This document shows, one piece after another, positions 37,727 to 51,158 of a stretch of DNA of 64,000 nucleotides (position 1 is the first letter of the stretch; the number at the start of each line of letters is the position of its first letter). The position numbers and the translations under genes are program-made. Origin of the DNA: Eledone cirrhosa (taxonomy: Eukaryota). The notes under the pieces are model-generated. The model made no database searches and had not been told where the DNA came from. It was given only the letters and a program-made list of their open reading frames with translations. The DNA is taken from assembly GCA_964016885.1 (NCBI GenBank), contig OZ024742.1, positions 325,252,001 through 325,316,000 on the forward strand, read 5' to 3'.

Positions 37727-38600
37727 ACCGGAGGTATATGGTCTTTAAAGCGATGAAATACCTGTGATGGTTGGAAGATCACTGATGAGGACAACTTTAT
37801 TCATATGTAACCCATTTGCATCCACGCAGCACGTTTATTCTCATATTTACACATCTTTTTTCCCCCGCAGTGACCCGTCTATTTCGTTCTTACTGCTTCC
37901 TCTTTCTCTGTATGTTTACCCTCTCTAAGAGTCACTCTCTCTGTTAGCCTCTTCCTCACCCTTCATTCACTCACTCTCTGTTACTACCTCTCCTCCTCCT
38001 CCTTCTTCCCGTTTGACCTGTGCGTAATTATTTTCTTTCGCACGCTTGGTCAGGCTGGTTCGCCTTTTTTCCCTCTCTCGTCTACGATTTCACAGAACTT
38101 ATGTTCACCGAATTCACAGACTAGATTCCTTCTTCCTCCCGTTAGACCTGTACGGAATTCCTTCCATGCTCACATTCCAACCAAGTTCGATGGTCTTTAT
38201 TCTCTCTCGTTCACGATTTCACCTAACTTATATTCATGGAAATTTGGCACTTGACTCGTTCTTCCTCATTTTTCGTTGCTTCACCATCTTTGTTTATTTA
38301 CACTCTCGCTATCCCCTTTATTTACGTGTCCCAACGATTTTTTTAGCCGTTGCTCGCACCAACCGAAGGTATATGGTCTTTAAAGCGAATAAATACATGT
38401 GATGGTTGCAAGATCACTGATGAGGACCACTTTATTCATATGTAACCCATTAGCAACCACGCAGCACGTTTATTCTCATATTTGCACATTTTCTTTCCCC
38501 TGCTGTGACCCGTCTATTTCGTTCTTACTGCTTCCTCTTTCTCTGTATCTTTACCCTCTCTACCAGTCACTCTCTCTGTTAGCCTCTTCCTCACCCTTCA
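37727..38600 (+). repeat. Diverged ~240-bp direct repeats (37727-37968 / 38361-38600)
   Basis: ACCG(G/A)AGGTATATGGTCTTTAAAGCG...GATCACTGATGAGGAC...CTCTTCCTCACCCTTCA occurs twice, resembling a PLE partial-tandem pseudo-LTR arrangement. Confidence 0.8.
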
Positions 38601-38694
38601 CTAGATCGTATAACGGAAATAAAAGACCATGTGACCTCTGTCCCGCTGAGGGCCTGGAAATACTCTACGCCAAAGACCACTTATACCCTAACGT

Positions 38695-39969
<1,275 letters not shown>

Positions 39970-40388
39970 CTATTGCTTTCAATCGTCACTCAATGTACAT
40001 TACGAGATTCTTTGTGGCTTTCAAACTAAGCGGATCATTAATTATAACTCGAACTACAGCTATGCAGACATAGATATTTAGGAACGAAGGCAGATCAAAA
40101 AAAGAAAATGAATAGAAAAATATATGAATATTTCTTGCCGAGTCGTGTGTCATAGCCATTTTCTAACAGTAAGTCAAAAAAACGAGTAATACAAAAATAT
40201 TGTTTAGTGTATTTCAATATTGAAAGTATGGATCTCTTGAGATCACAGAAAATAAATTGTGCATCGGTGAATCACAGAAACAACATAGCTCTAATCGAAA
40301 TTTCACTGTACACACATACACACATACACACGCACACAGATGGACACAGACGCACACAGACGCATAGATACACACACGCATACACAGC

Positions 40389-40539
<151 letters not shown>

Positions 40540-40542
40540 ATG

Positions 40543-40641
<99 letters not shown>

Positions 40642-40645
40642 TATG

Positions 40646-40678
<33 letters not shown>

Positions 40679-40702
40679 TTGAGTGTGTGTGTGTATCTAT
40701 AA

Positions 40703-40756
<54 letters not shown>

Positions 40757-41104
40757 TGGCTGCCAACTCGTTTTCGAGTACGGCCACTACTTTATATCAA
40801 TGTAGGAGAACCCCTACCGATGCGCTGAACGAGTGTGACTTTTTAGTCCAGCCAGCGACTTGAAAACTCTGGTACAAACACTACACTTGTGACAATTATT
40901 GACTCATAGTGCTGGGCCCATGGTACCATGTGACGACAAGTGCAGAGAGATCTCCAGATATAAAGCAATGCCTGTGCCGTGAAGCTTTTATAGTGAGCAA
41001 AGGCACTGCACAAAGCCAGTCCCACTCTCTTAACCAAGATGATATTTACCAAAAAGAAGAACATGTCAACATCATTGGATACCATCAGAGTTGCAGGTGT
41101 TATA

Positions 41105-41862
41105 TCAGAGTTTTCCTTCTCCTAGAATTCTGCCTTGACAAAGGCTAAGGGGTCATCTCTCCCGGTGATTTTGGATGGCCATTGATTCTTAAGAGCTCCT
41201 TTGCCCTTTGACAGGTTTTGTTTTTAGTCCTGCAGGATGTCCAAAGTCACCCTCCTCACCAAGAAACCTTGGTGGGGTTGCCAGTTTAGTCGCCAACGAC
41301 CCGACCATGAAACAGGTTGTACTGGGATACATGTTACCAGTAGCACCAACTGGTGACCTGACATATATATATATATATATATACATATATACATGATGGC
41401 TACAAACGCTGAAAAGTTTATTGCAATAGCTTGACAGTTTAGTTCACTTTTAGGCTATGGCCAGCTACACGAACCTGCAAATATCCTGAACAAGCAATGT
41501 GCTTTGAAGGTTTTTTTATGTGGGTAAAGGGCTTCGACTCTCTGTGCATGGAAAACACTACCCGAAAAGGAGAACTGGTCGATATCATTGGATGCTTTCT
41601 AAGTCGTAGGTTTTTTTTCAGTTTCCCTCTCCTAGAAAGAGGTTGTGACAACAACTATTTTTCTTTCACTCCCAGGTGGTAAAAAAGATACTATTTGAAG
41701 GGCCGTTAACTCTGCTGAGTTCCTCCGCCCTTTGTATTTCATCCCACAGGGTGTCCAAATATCACTGTCCTCACCAAGCTAGGTTGGTGGTGTTGCCTTT
41801 TTAGTCACCGACGACTCGACCTTGAGAGAGTTAGTACTGGATTACATGTTACCAGTAGCGCT
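41105..41862. repeat. Two diverged copies of a ~250-bp interspersed repeat (~41105-41348 and ~41615-41860)
   Basis: Shared TCTCCTAGA...CCTCACCAAG..TTGGTGG.GTTGCC..TTTAGTC.CC.ACGAC.CGACC.TGA...GTACTGG.TACATGTTACCAGTAGC. Confidence 0.7.
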
Positions 41863-41918
41863 CGCGTGCGTCCTGACATATTCACGCACGCACGCACACG
41901 CACACACACACACACACA

Positions 41919-42041
<123 letters not shown>

Positions 42042-42298
42042 TAATAAAATCACAGGTACCAGCTGAGTTTCATTTCGGTTTACTGTTAGTTCTTTAAGTA
42101 ATCATTTTTTTTTCGGTAAGTTTAATAAGCAGATGAATGATTCACTCTTAATCGTTAAAACGCTTTTGTCACACATCCTGTCACCTTCACAATTTCTATT
42201 CCTACTTCTTTACTCGATTCCTCTTTGTTCAGATTTTGTTCCATTTATTCCATATTGTCTTTTTGAAGTCTGTATCTCGTCTACGCATGCGTGTATAT

Positions 42299-42329
<31 letters not shown>

Positions 42330-42777
42330 AGTGTATGTGTATGTTTGTGTGCGTGTGTGTTTATGTGTGTGTGTGTGCGTGTGTGTATGTGTGTGTGTGT
42401 GTGTGTGTGTGTTTATCTCTCCACTATTTCTATCAATCAGGTTCTGTAATTGGCATGAGTGTATATATATATCTGTGCATGTATGTTTTTTTTATGGCTT
42501 GTGCTTCTTCCAATTATTGTGCATACTTTGTTGTGTTTTCTTGTCTTTCTCTCTTGCTATTCTCTCCCATCACTTAATAGTTGTTCTTCTTTTTTGTATT
42601 ATTCTATGACTGTATGCTGATTTGGGTCTGTCTATGTATCATTTGAAATTTCTTCCTGTTTGTCATCATATTGAACTTAGCCGCTATGATGTGAGGATGC
42701 TGTATATGTATATAAACAAACTGTCTGGTATACGATTCCACATGAAGAATCTTTCAAATCAAATATAAAAAAACAAG

Positions 42778-42811
<34 letters not shown>

Positions 42812-42812
42812 G

Positions 42813-42890
<78 letters not shown>

Positions 42891-42891
42891 C

Positions 42892-42973
<82 letters not shown>

Positions 42974-43055
42974 GTGTGTGTGTGCATATGTATATATACG
43001 TCGATAGAGAAAAAGAGGAAATATTGTAAAACCAGCTATATATATATGTATGTAT

Positions 43056-43111
<56 letters not shown>

Positions 43112-43180
43112 CTAAATATATATATATATATATATGTATATATATCTATATATATATAAATATATATATATATATACATG

Positions 43181-43269
<89 letters not shown>

Positions 43270-43398
43270 GTATATATATCTAAATATATATATATATATA
43301 TATATCTATATGTATATGTATCTATATATATATAAATATATATATATATGTATATGTATCTATATATATATAAATATATATATATATGTATATGTATC

Positions 43399-43485
<87 letters not shown>

Positions 43486-43955
43486 ATATATATAATGTAT
43501 ACGTCGATACAGGAAAAGAGAAAGGTTGAAAGATAGAAGAGATAGAGATAGATAAAAAGAGGGAAATTAAGAAAATATATGAATATCGAAGGCTGTTTGG
43601 AAAGAATAATATGTGATAATCCCTTTGAAATGCGGCGAAAATATTGCAAAATAAACATCGGTATTACAATATCAAAAGATTTTTATCGTATTGAAGAGAT
43701 GTCTCATCTAACATGTTGATATTAACAATTTCGAAATAGTAACAGTTATTTTCACTACGTTAAGTTAATCAATGGAGGTGGTTCTGTGTAATAAAGTATC
43801 TTGCTAGAAATAACAGAAACACGCTCATAAAATTACATAGGATCGTTACTGTCCCTATTTTAGGGCTTATATAGGGATTCATTTAAGGAAAACATTCGAT
43901 TAACCATACGTACGTTACATGTGAGGAATTGAATAAAAAATAAGCAGAGTAAAAG

Positions 43956-44005
<50 letters not shown>

Positions 44006-44112
44006 TATGTATACTTACATACATATATGTATACAGACGCACACTAGTATGTATATACATACATGCACTCATATATATATGTATGTATGGGTTTACCGAA
44101 CATTTATTATAA

Positions 44113-44300
44113 TTGTTTAAACTTTTGGCACAGGTCAGCAATTATTCCAGTGCATTACTCAGACTTTATTTTATCGACCCCGTAAGGATGAAAGATAAAT
44201 TTAACCTCGGCGGGATTTCAACTCAGAATGGCAAGGGCCGTAACTCTATGCGTCAAAGCATGGCGTCCTACCCTCTAGCGATACTGCCAATCCACCACCC
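44113..44300 (-). mobile_element. SINE family 2 copy
   Basis: Reverse complement of the family 2 sequence (TTTATCGACCCCGTAAGGATGAAAG). Confidence 0.8.
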
Positions 44301-44401
44301 TTTATTTAATGTTCGGTTTGTTTGTAAACAAACAGCCCGAATTCGTAGCCGTACAGTGTTCGGTAACCATCGTTGCCCTTTTGTTCAATACTGACTAAGG
44401 A

Positions 44402-44444
44402 ACGATGAACTAGTTTCTGGCTTATTAGTTGTCATCAGCATCGT
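44402..44444 (-). ncRNA. Minimal type-I hammerhead ribozyme with a palindromic stem III
   Basis: Minus: ACGAUG-CUGAUGA-CAACU AAUA AGCCA-GAAA-CUAG-UU-CAUCGU; 6-bp stem I; stem II eroded; the mirror copy at 44529-44571 has a degenerate core. Confidence 0.7.
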
Positions 44445-44823
44445 ATATGCAAATTAGGCTGCTCAGTCGTTAATATGCATGAGGAAAGTATATACTTTCA
44501 AACGTTCAATCGACTGACAGGAATCTATACGATGATTATGACAGCTAATAAGCTATAAATTAGTTCATCGTTCCTTAGTCAGTGTCGAACAAAAGGGCAA
44601 CGATGGTTGCCAAACACTGTACGGCTACGAATTCAGGCTGTTTGTTTACAAACAAACCGAGCATTACAATAAATGTTCGGTAAACCCATACGTAAATATA
44701 TATATGTGTGCATGTATGTATGTACATACCAGTGTACGTCTGTATACACATATGCATGTACGTATACATACTTATATTTAAGTATTAGCCGTACTAAGAG
44801 TGAGAAATGAAATGTAATTTTTT

Positions 44824-44859
<36 letters not shown>

Positions 44860-45984
44860 GTTCATTATTGAAAAGATGACATTATTGAAACAAGGACAGG
44901 GAAATTATTTTAAAAAGGAGTTTTATAATGTATATAAAGTATTACCGGTTTCAATGTATTATTAAAATTCACCTGTATGTAAGTATATGTATATATAAAT
45001 ATATATATATATATAAAACCACAACTGAATACTAACCCATACAATCACTAATACTCTTTTATTCCTAATTAAACCATTTTTCAACTGTGAACAATTTGTC
45101 AGCATTTTCTATTCCGTTTACCAATATATATATATATATATATACATACAAATGAATTTTAATAATACATCGAAACCGGTAATACTTTATAAAACTCCTT
45201 GTTAAAATAATTTTCTCTCTCATTGTTTCAATAATGTCATCCTTTCAACAATGTCACTTTGACGAATCAAAGAAGGGAAAAAATAATAACATTCGATTCG
45301 TTTCCAATTATACAAACAAGCCCCTTTTTTAAAGTAAACGAATCGAATGTTATTATTAATATTCGAAAACTCCAGTTAACATTTATTCTATTCAGCCATG
45401 TAGAGCAAAAATCTTTTTTTTATTTTAGTGTGGCAAAGCCAGCCATTTATCACTTTGTATGCACGAAACTGACTGGTCGGTCTGCTGATATCAAAACCTG
45501 GCTGATCAGTGGATCTGCTAATATGCAGATCCGACTGATCAGCCATTCTGCTAATATGCAAATCCGGCCGATCAGTCACTGTTTTTTTGAAAATAGCATA
45601 TATTTTCACTAGCTCTGATAGTTGGCAGGTGAACAGTATGCAGTACTGATGAAGGGTGATAGCCAGAAACATTAGTGTATGCAGTTCTGTTTACATGCCA
45701 ATACAAGAGCATGAAGGAGGGGTTCATTCTACTGACATGGCTTTAAAAATAAGGCTTGTTTGCATAATTACAAACTAATTGGATTGACAGTACCGGTAGA
45801 GGGACGGACGCCATGCTTTGACGCATAGAATTACGGCCCTTGCCATTCTGAGTTGAAATCCCGCCGAGATTAACTTTGCCTTTCATCCTTACGGGGTCAA
45901 TAAAATAAAGTACCTGTATTACTCTGGGTAATTGCTGGCCTCGTGCCAAAAGTAGAAACAATTATTAATATTCGAAAAACTCAG

Positions 45985-46035
<51 letters not shown>

Positions 46036-46166
46036 ACACACATATATATATATATATTGGTAAACGGAATAGAAAATGCTGACAAATTGTTCACAGTGAA
46101 AAATAGTTTAATTAGGAATAAGTGAGAATTAGTAATAGTATTGGTTAGGATTGAGTTTTGGTTTTT
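44860..46166. repeat. Two interleaved inverted-repeat pairs (~44860-44985 / 45140-45255 and ~45015-45130 / 46052-46166)
   Basis: Direct reverse-complement matches, e.g. GTATTACCGGTTTCAATGTATTATTAAAATTCA vs TGAATTTTAATAATACATCGAAACCGGTAATAC; TTTGTCAGCATTTTCTATTCCGTTTACCAAT vs ATTGGTAAACGGAATAGAAAATGCTGACAAA. Confidence 0.78.
45778..45962 (+). mobile_element. SINE family 2 copy
   Basis: GGATTGACAGTACCGGTAGAGGGACGGACGCCATGC...GCCTTTCATCCTTACGGGGTC...AAAGTAGAAACAATT. Confidence 0.8.
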
Positions 46167-46462
46167 ACCGGTTGCGCATTTCTAATGCTTTTCAAAGATA
46201 ATTTTGAGATAGAGCGTCCGTAGTGTTTGCCCTGATATATATATATATATATTTCGTTACTGAATTTGTTTAGCAAGATTCTTTATCTGAAATCGTGTGT
46301 TGAAACCGATATTGTTATACTTTGGGAGGGTCATGTTGCCAATAAGAAACACACGCACCAGTTGCCTTCACTTCAATTTATTATAATAAATTTATAAATT
46401 TAGGAATCTATAAATTTCTGGTTGGTTGGTTGGTTCCACAACCAGATAGTTGTTTATATATT

Positions 46463-46505
46463 GTCAAAGTTCTTTCGTCACACATTATGTGACCTCTTCA
46501 GTGAC
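46463..46505 (-). ncRNA. Type-I hammerhead ribozyme (left arm)
   Basis: Minus: GUCA-CUGAAGA-G GUCACA UAAUG UGUGAC-GAAA-GAAC-UU-UGAC. Confidence 0.75.
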
Positions 46506-46958
46506 TGGGGATTCTTTTCTTTGTTTTTGTGCCTCTCCTTTGTTCTGTCCTACGCCATTTTGTTTCTGTGTGTGTGTTGTGTGCTCAGTCTGCGCATGCG
46601 CCACATCCGGGTGTCTGTGTGTGTTTATGTTCATTTATTTATTTGTTTATTTACATGTTACTGGTTGGTTGTTTGTTCTATGTGTGTGTGTGTTTTCATT
46701 TTGTCCTTAATTGTAAGTTGTGAGTTGTGATGTTGCAACATCACAACTTACAATTAAGGACAAAATGAAAACACACACACACATAGAACAAACAACCAAC
46801 CAGTAACATGTAAATAAACAAATAAATAAATGAACATAAACACACACAGACACCCGGATGTGGCGCATGCGCAGACTGAGCACACAACACACACACAGAA
46901 ACAAAATGGCGTAGGACAGAACAAAGGAGAGGCACAAAAACAAAGAAAAGAATCCCCA

Positions 46959-47001
46959 GTCACTGAAGAGGTCACAGAATGTGTGACGAAAGAACTTTGA
47001 C
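46959..47001 (+). ncRNA. Type-I hammerhead ribozyme (right arm)
   Basis: GTCA-CTGAAGA-G GTCACA GAATG TGTGAC-GAAA-GAAC-TT-TGAC; predicted cleavage after T46997. Confidence 0.75.
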
Positions 47002-47147
47002 AATATATAAACAACTATCTGGTTGTGGAACCAACTAACCAACCAGAAATTTATAGATTCCTAAATTTATAAATTTATTATAATAAATTGAAGTGAAAGC
47101 AACTGGTGCGTGTGTTTCTTATCGGCAACATGACCCTCCCAAAGTAT

Positions 47148-47218
<71 letters not shown>

Positions 47219-47749
47219 CCTATATATATCGCGGTAGCACTACGACACCGCCTTGCATAATGGAGCTGTATATGTAATTATACGTTCATATACAACAAAC
47301 CTATGGGTAACCTCACCACCGAAGAAAAATTATTTTTCTCTATAATTCCATGTCGGTATATCATAGAAGTGCCAGTATATTTTTAATATGACAAGAGAGG
47401 GCTGTTTCAACCTCCGTAAACTTTCATTAGTGAGACTCACTCAATCCGTATTGGTATGAAATAGAGCAGAGTCTTTAGAAACTTTTTCCGTAATGATCAT
47501 TTTCTGGAGATGTTCATTTGCATATAGTACGAAATTGGTTGCTTATATTTAATTGTCGGCATCTCTAATGCAGCGTTTAAGCATAAGAGATATATATATA
47601 AAAGAAAACATATATAGAGATGTATATATATATATGTATATATATATATACATATATATATAGTAATAATAATAAAATTGAAGACTAAAATCCAAAGAGG
47701 GCTCGATAAGGATAAGTATATATCAAATATATAAGAACCGTAGAGCAAA

Positions 47750-49045
47750 TATTTATTAAATAACAGATTAAAGTTTAAGCAAAGAATCGCTGCTTTCACC
47801 CTTAACGGGATCTTCTGAAACTAACAAAGTCAATCTGTAAACGCAGAACTGGATATTTCAAAAAACGTTGCAACCGGAGGAAGACAGGAAGACGATACTT
47901 TGGTTCGTGGAAACGCTCGCTGGCAAAGAACGGGAAAAAACGAATAATACGTCATTAAAAACAATTACGCGCAAATACAGAACGACGTTTATGGTATAAA
48001 AGAGGTCGTAGACTAATGTTCACTTAGGTGGTGCATAGAGACGTTCTCTGGCAATGAACGAAAAAACGAAGATAATACGTCATATGTGGAGCGTGGAGAA
48101 CAATAGCACGCAAAAACAAAACCACGTAAATGGTATAGCAGAAGTCGTAGACTAAAATTCTAACTAGGAGACCAAATGAATCTCCGCTACAGAGTTAAGA
48201 AGAAAGTAAATAAATACAATAGAGAAGTAATAGAAATAAATAAATACGTACACGCAAACAGATACGTACATACACAAGCATACGCAAAACCTTACCATAG
48301 GTATACAAAACCACGCACATATAAATATGTGTGTGTGTGTGTATGCTTGTCTACAAATAAATAAATAATTATATAAACGTATATAAGTAAATAAATACGT
48401 ATATAACAAGCGCACACACATACCTACATATAAATACACGAATGTTCGGAGACGTAAGTCAACTAAAACAAGAAGTACACATATACACACACCCACCATA
48501 CGTACGAACCTGCATACTCACGCAGACGCAAAACTCCCGTATACACATAGCCAAACCCTAAATACCAGAATATATAAAAATTATACGCCATAACAATCAA
48601 ATATACGTACGAGAAGGTATACATACCTTCACAAAACATACGGGTAATATATACTTACCTATGCAAATAAGTAAAGGAATAAACAAAACATATACTTAGC
48701 TCCCACATTAAGACGTAAAATATCCACGTATAGATCGTACTATTACAGTTAGTACTACAGATTCCTACAATTACAGTTAGTACTAACTACAGGGTTGCAC
48801 GTGTTCCTACGGCTAGGTAGTTTAGCTAAATTTGAAGCTGTGATGTTATGTGCAAGGTTAGGAATCGTAGAGTAAGAAATTTTAATAGTATTTCTATTAA
48901 AAATTTTACTATATTTATGTGTAGGGGGAAAATGCTTCGTAATAAGGGAAAGGAAGATCTTTGCTAATGGTGTGGCCACCTTCAGAAGATCCCGTTAAGG
49001 GTGAAAGCAGCGATTCTTTGCTTAAACTTTAATCTGTTATTAAAT
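47750..49045 (-). mobile_element. Internally deleted, 5'-truncated PLE with an inverted ~60-bp terminus
   Basis: ORF remnant 48755-48979 (-): FLSLITKHFPPTHKYSKIFNRNTIKISYST..CNCR; joined to a 3' UTR ending at ~47750; the terminal segment is repeated inverted at 48982-49045. Confidence 0.8.
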
Positions 49046-49047
49046 AA

Positions 49048-49123
<76 letters not shown>

Positions 49124-49529
49124 ACGTACATACATATATGCATACAGACGTACAGCAGTATGTATACACATATACATACATGCACACATATATATATATG
49201 TGTACGTATGGATTCACCGAACATTTATTATAATGCTCGGTGTGTTTGTAAACAAACATCCCGAATTAAGCCGTACAGTGTCTAGCAAACATCGTTGCTC
49301 ATTTGTTCAACACTGACAAATGCTTATATGTATGTACGTATACATACTTATATTTAAGTAACAGCCGTACTAAGAGTGAGAAATGAAATTTCGTTTCATT
49401 TTTTCCGTTTATTGTTTTCGCTACCCCGGCCGATTAACTCACTCGATATGCAAATTAGGCTGCTCAGCCGTTAATATGCATAAGGAAAGTATATAATTTC
49501 AGACGTTCAATCATCTGGCAGGAAGGTAT

Positions 49530-49572
49530 ACGTTGCTGACGATAGCTAATAAGCTTGAAAGTAGTACATCGT
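49530..49572 (+). ncRNA. Minimal type-I hammerhead ribozyme (same family as 44402-44444)
   Basis: ACGTTG-CTGACGA-TAGCT AATA AGCTT-GAAA-GTAG-TA-CATCGT. Confidence 0.68.
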
Positions 49573-51158
49573 TCCTTTGTGAGTGTTGAACAAATGAGCA
49601 ACGATGGTTGCTAGACACTACGGCTTAATTCGGGATGTTTGTATACAAACACACCGAGCATTATAATAAATGTTCGGTGAATCCCTACGTACATATATAT
49701 ATGTGTGCATGTATGTATATGAACAATCCAAATCAGAAGAAGACGGAATTTATATCTATGAAAACTTAGGAAAGACATCATGGAAAGACATTCTAAAGCT
49801 AAAAGTTTGCATTTGCAATTTAGACTATATGGCAAGAGAGCGAGTAATATGTCAAACCCACGTTGAAAGAACAATATAAGACAAATACATGAAACACAAC
49901 ATGGTAATACAATATGACAATTATAATATGATATAGAATACAATATAATGGATAATAAGAAATAAAAAGGTTAATATATATGTATATATATATATCCATA
50001 TATATACACATTTACACAAACACATACTAACATCTGTTTAAATATTTAGATATAAGTATACTCGTTATAATATAATAGCATAATCACCCTGACGGTGTGC
50101 ATAAACAATATCAAAAACAAAGGAATAATATACTGACATTAAAAAATATATAAAACTACATCATAGGTATCATTAAAAGTCAACAAACTGTACATAAAGT
50201 TTTTCACAGGGTAAGAAAAAATATCATATAAAAATAAAGTATGGTGAAAAAATATATATAACTATATATAATATTGACAATAAATATCCAGAGGTATATG
50301 CAGTTCAAATTCATAAAATATTACAAGACAGTACCTCAATATTGGACATGTATATATAATTCAATTACATAAAAATAATATGATATATTAATGTTAATAT
50401 TATAATAGCAGACACACAGAATCAATGGAAAATGCTTAAGACATATTTACGCGATGCATACAAATAGACATATCAGGAGACAATAACAAATTATATGAGA
50501 ACAGACAGCATGTGGTAGTAAAAAAAATAAATAAAATAAAACGAAGAAGAAAAACAAAAACAAGCGTAGACACGCAGGCGTTATAAGTCACTAGGTAAAT
50601 ATGGATAATATTACTATTCTGGATCAAAGAATTAAATTGAAAACCTCATTAAATTAATTAGTACTAAAACTGTTTAAAAGACATTATGGGTCACTTCATA
50701 TGGAACAAAATTTAAGTCATCAAAGTCGAATAAGATTAAGATATTTCAATAAGAAAGCTAAAAGATTTATCAAGATATATTACGATCCGTCTAGACGAAT
50801 TACGTTATCAAGGAAAAAACGCTAAATAAAACTATGGTAGACCAATGGGAACAGAAAGAAGTAGAACTATGGAGGGTAGGAAGGAGCATAAAGGTAAAAA
50901 TTTATATATAATCAATATAAATTGTCCATACATAAATTTTATATATAATATTAAATATAATATTATCTTCATCCCAACCAAGGATGAAAACAAAGATAGA
51001 AACTTATAAGGCGACAATGGTGAGTAAAAATGTAATAATGGTAAAGATGATAGATAGGGTAAGATAGCTAAAAAGACTATGAAAACTAAAAACGGAAAAC
51101 CTCAGAAAACCAATAATGGTAATAATAATGAACTAACACCAAAGAGGAAATTTAGCAG

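Larger units (their letters stand above)
44000..44785. repeat. HHR-bearing palindrome (arms ~44000-44446 / 44527-44785, ~80-bp spacer); a SINE is inserted in the left arm
   Basis: The arms are reverse complements once the SINE at ~44113-44300 is removed; a second rearranged copy of the family lies at ~49110-49720. Confidence 0.82.
46309..47155. mobile_element. Near-perfect zero-spacer palindrome (~420-bp arms) with an HHR in each arm; ORF-less PLE-derived fold-back element
   Basis: Centre GATGTTG|CAACATC at 46735/46736; about 4 substitutions plus a 7-bp duplication between the arms; flanked by (TA)n. Confidence 0.88.

Noticed and set aside
37740-37795. CTGATGAGGAC in the direct repeats as a hammerhead
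   Set aside because: Stem I is plausible (UGAU/AUCA), but there is no valid NUH and stem II is not adjacent to GAAA; the second copy lacks GAAA
41175-41350. Twister-like end GAGGAGGGT on the minus strand of the 41-kb repeat
   Set aside because: I could not find the UAA/P2/P4 pseudoknot elements in the right order; kept only as an unclassified repeat
46422-47042. Mirror-image hydrophobic ORFs (102 and 111 aa)
   Set aside because: A product of the palindrome and its GT-rich composition; non-ATG starts and no recognisable domain
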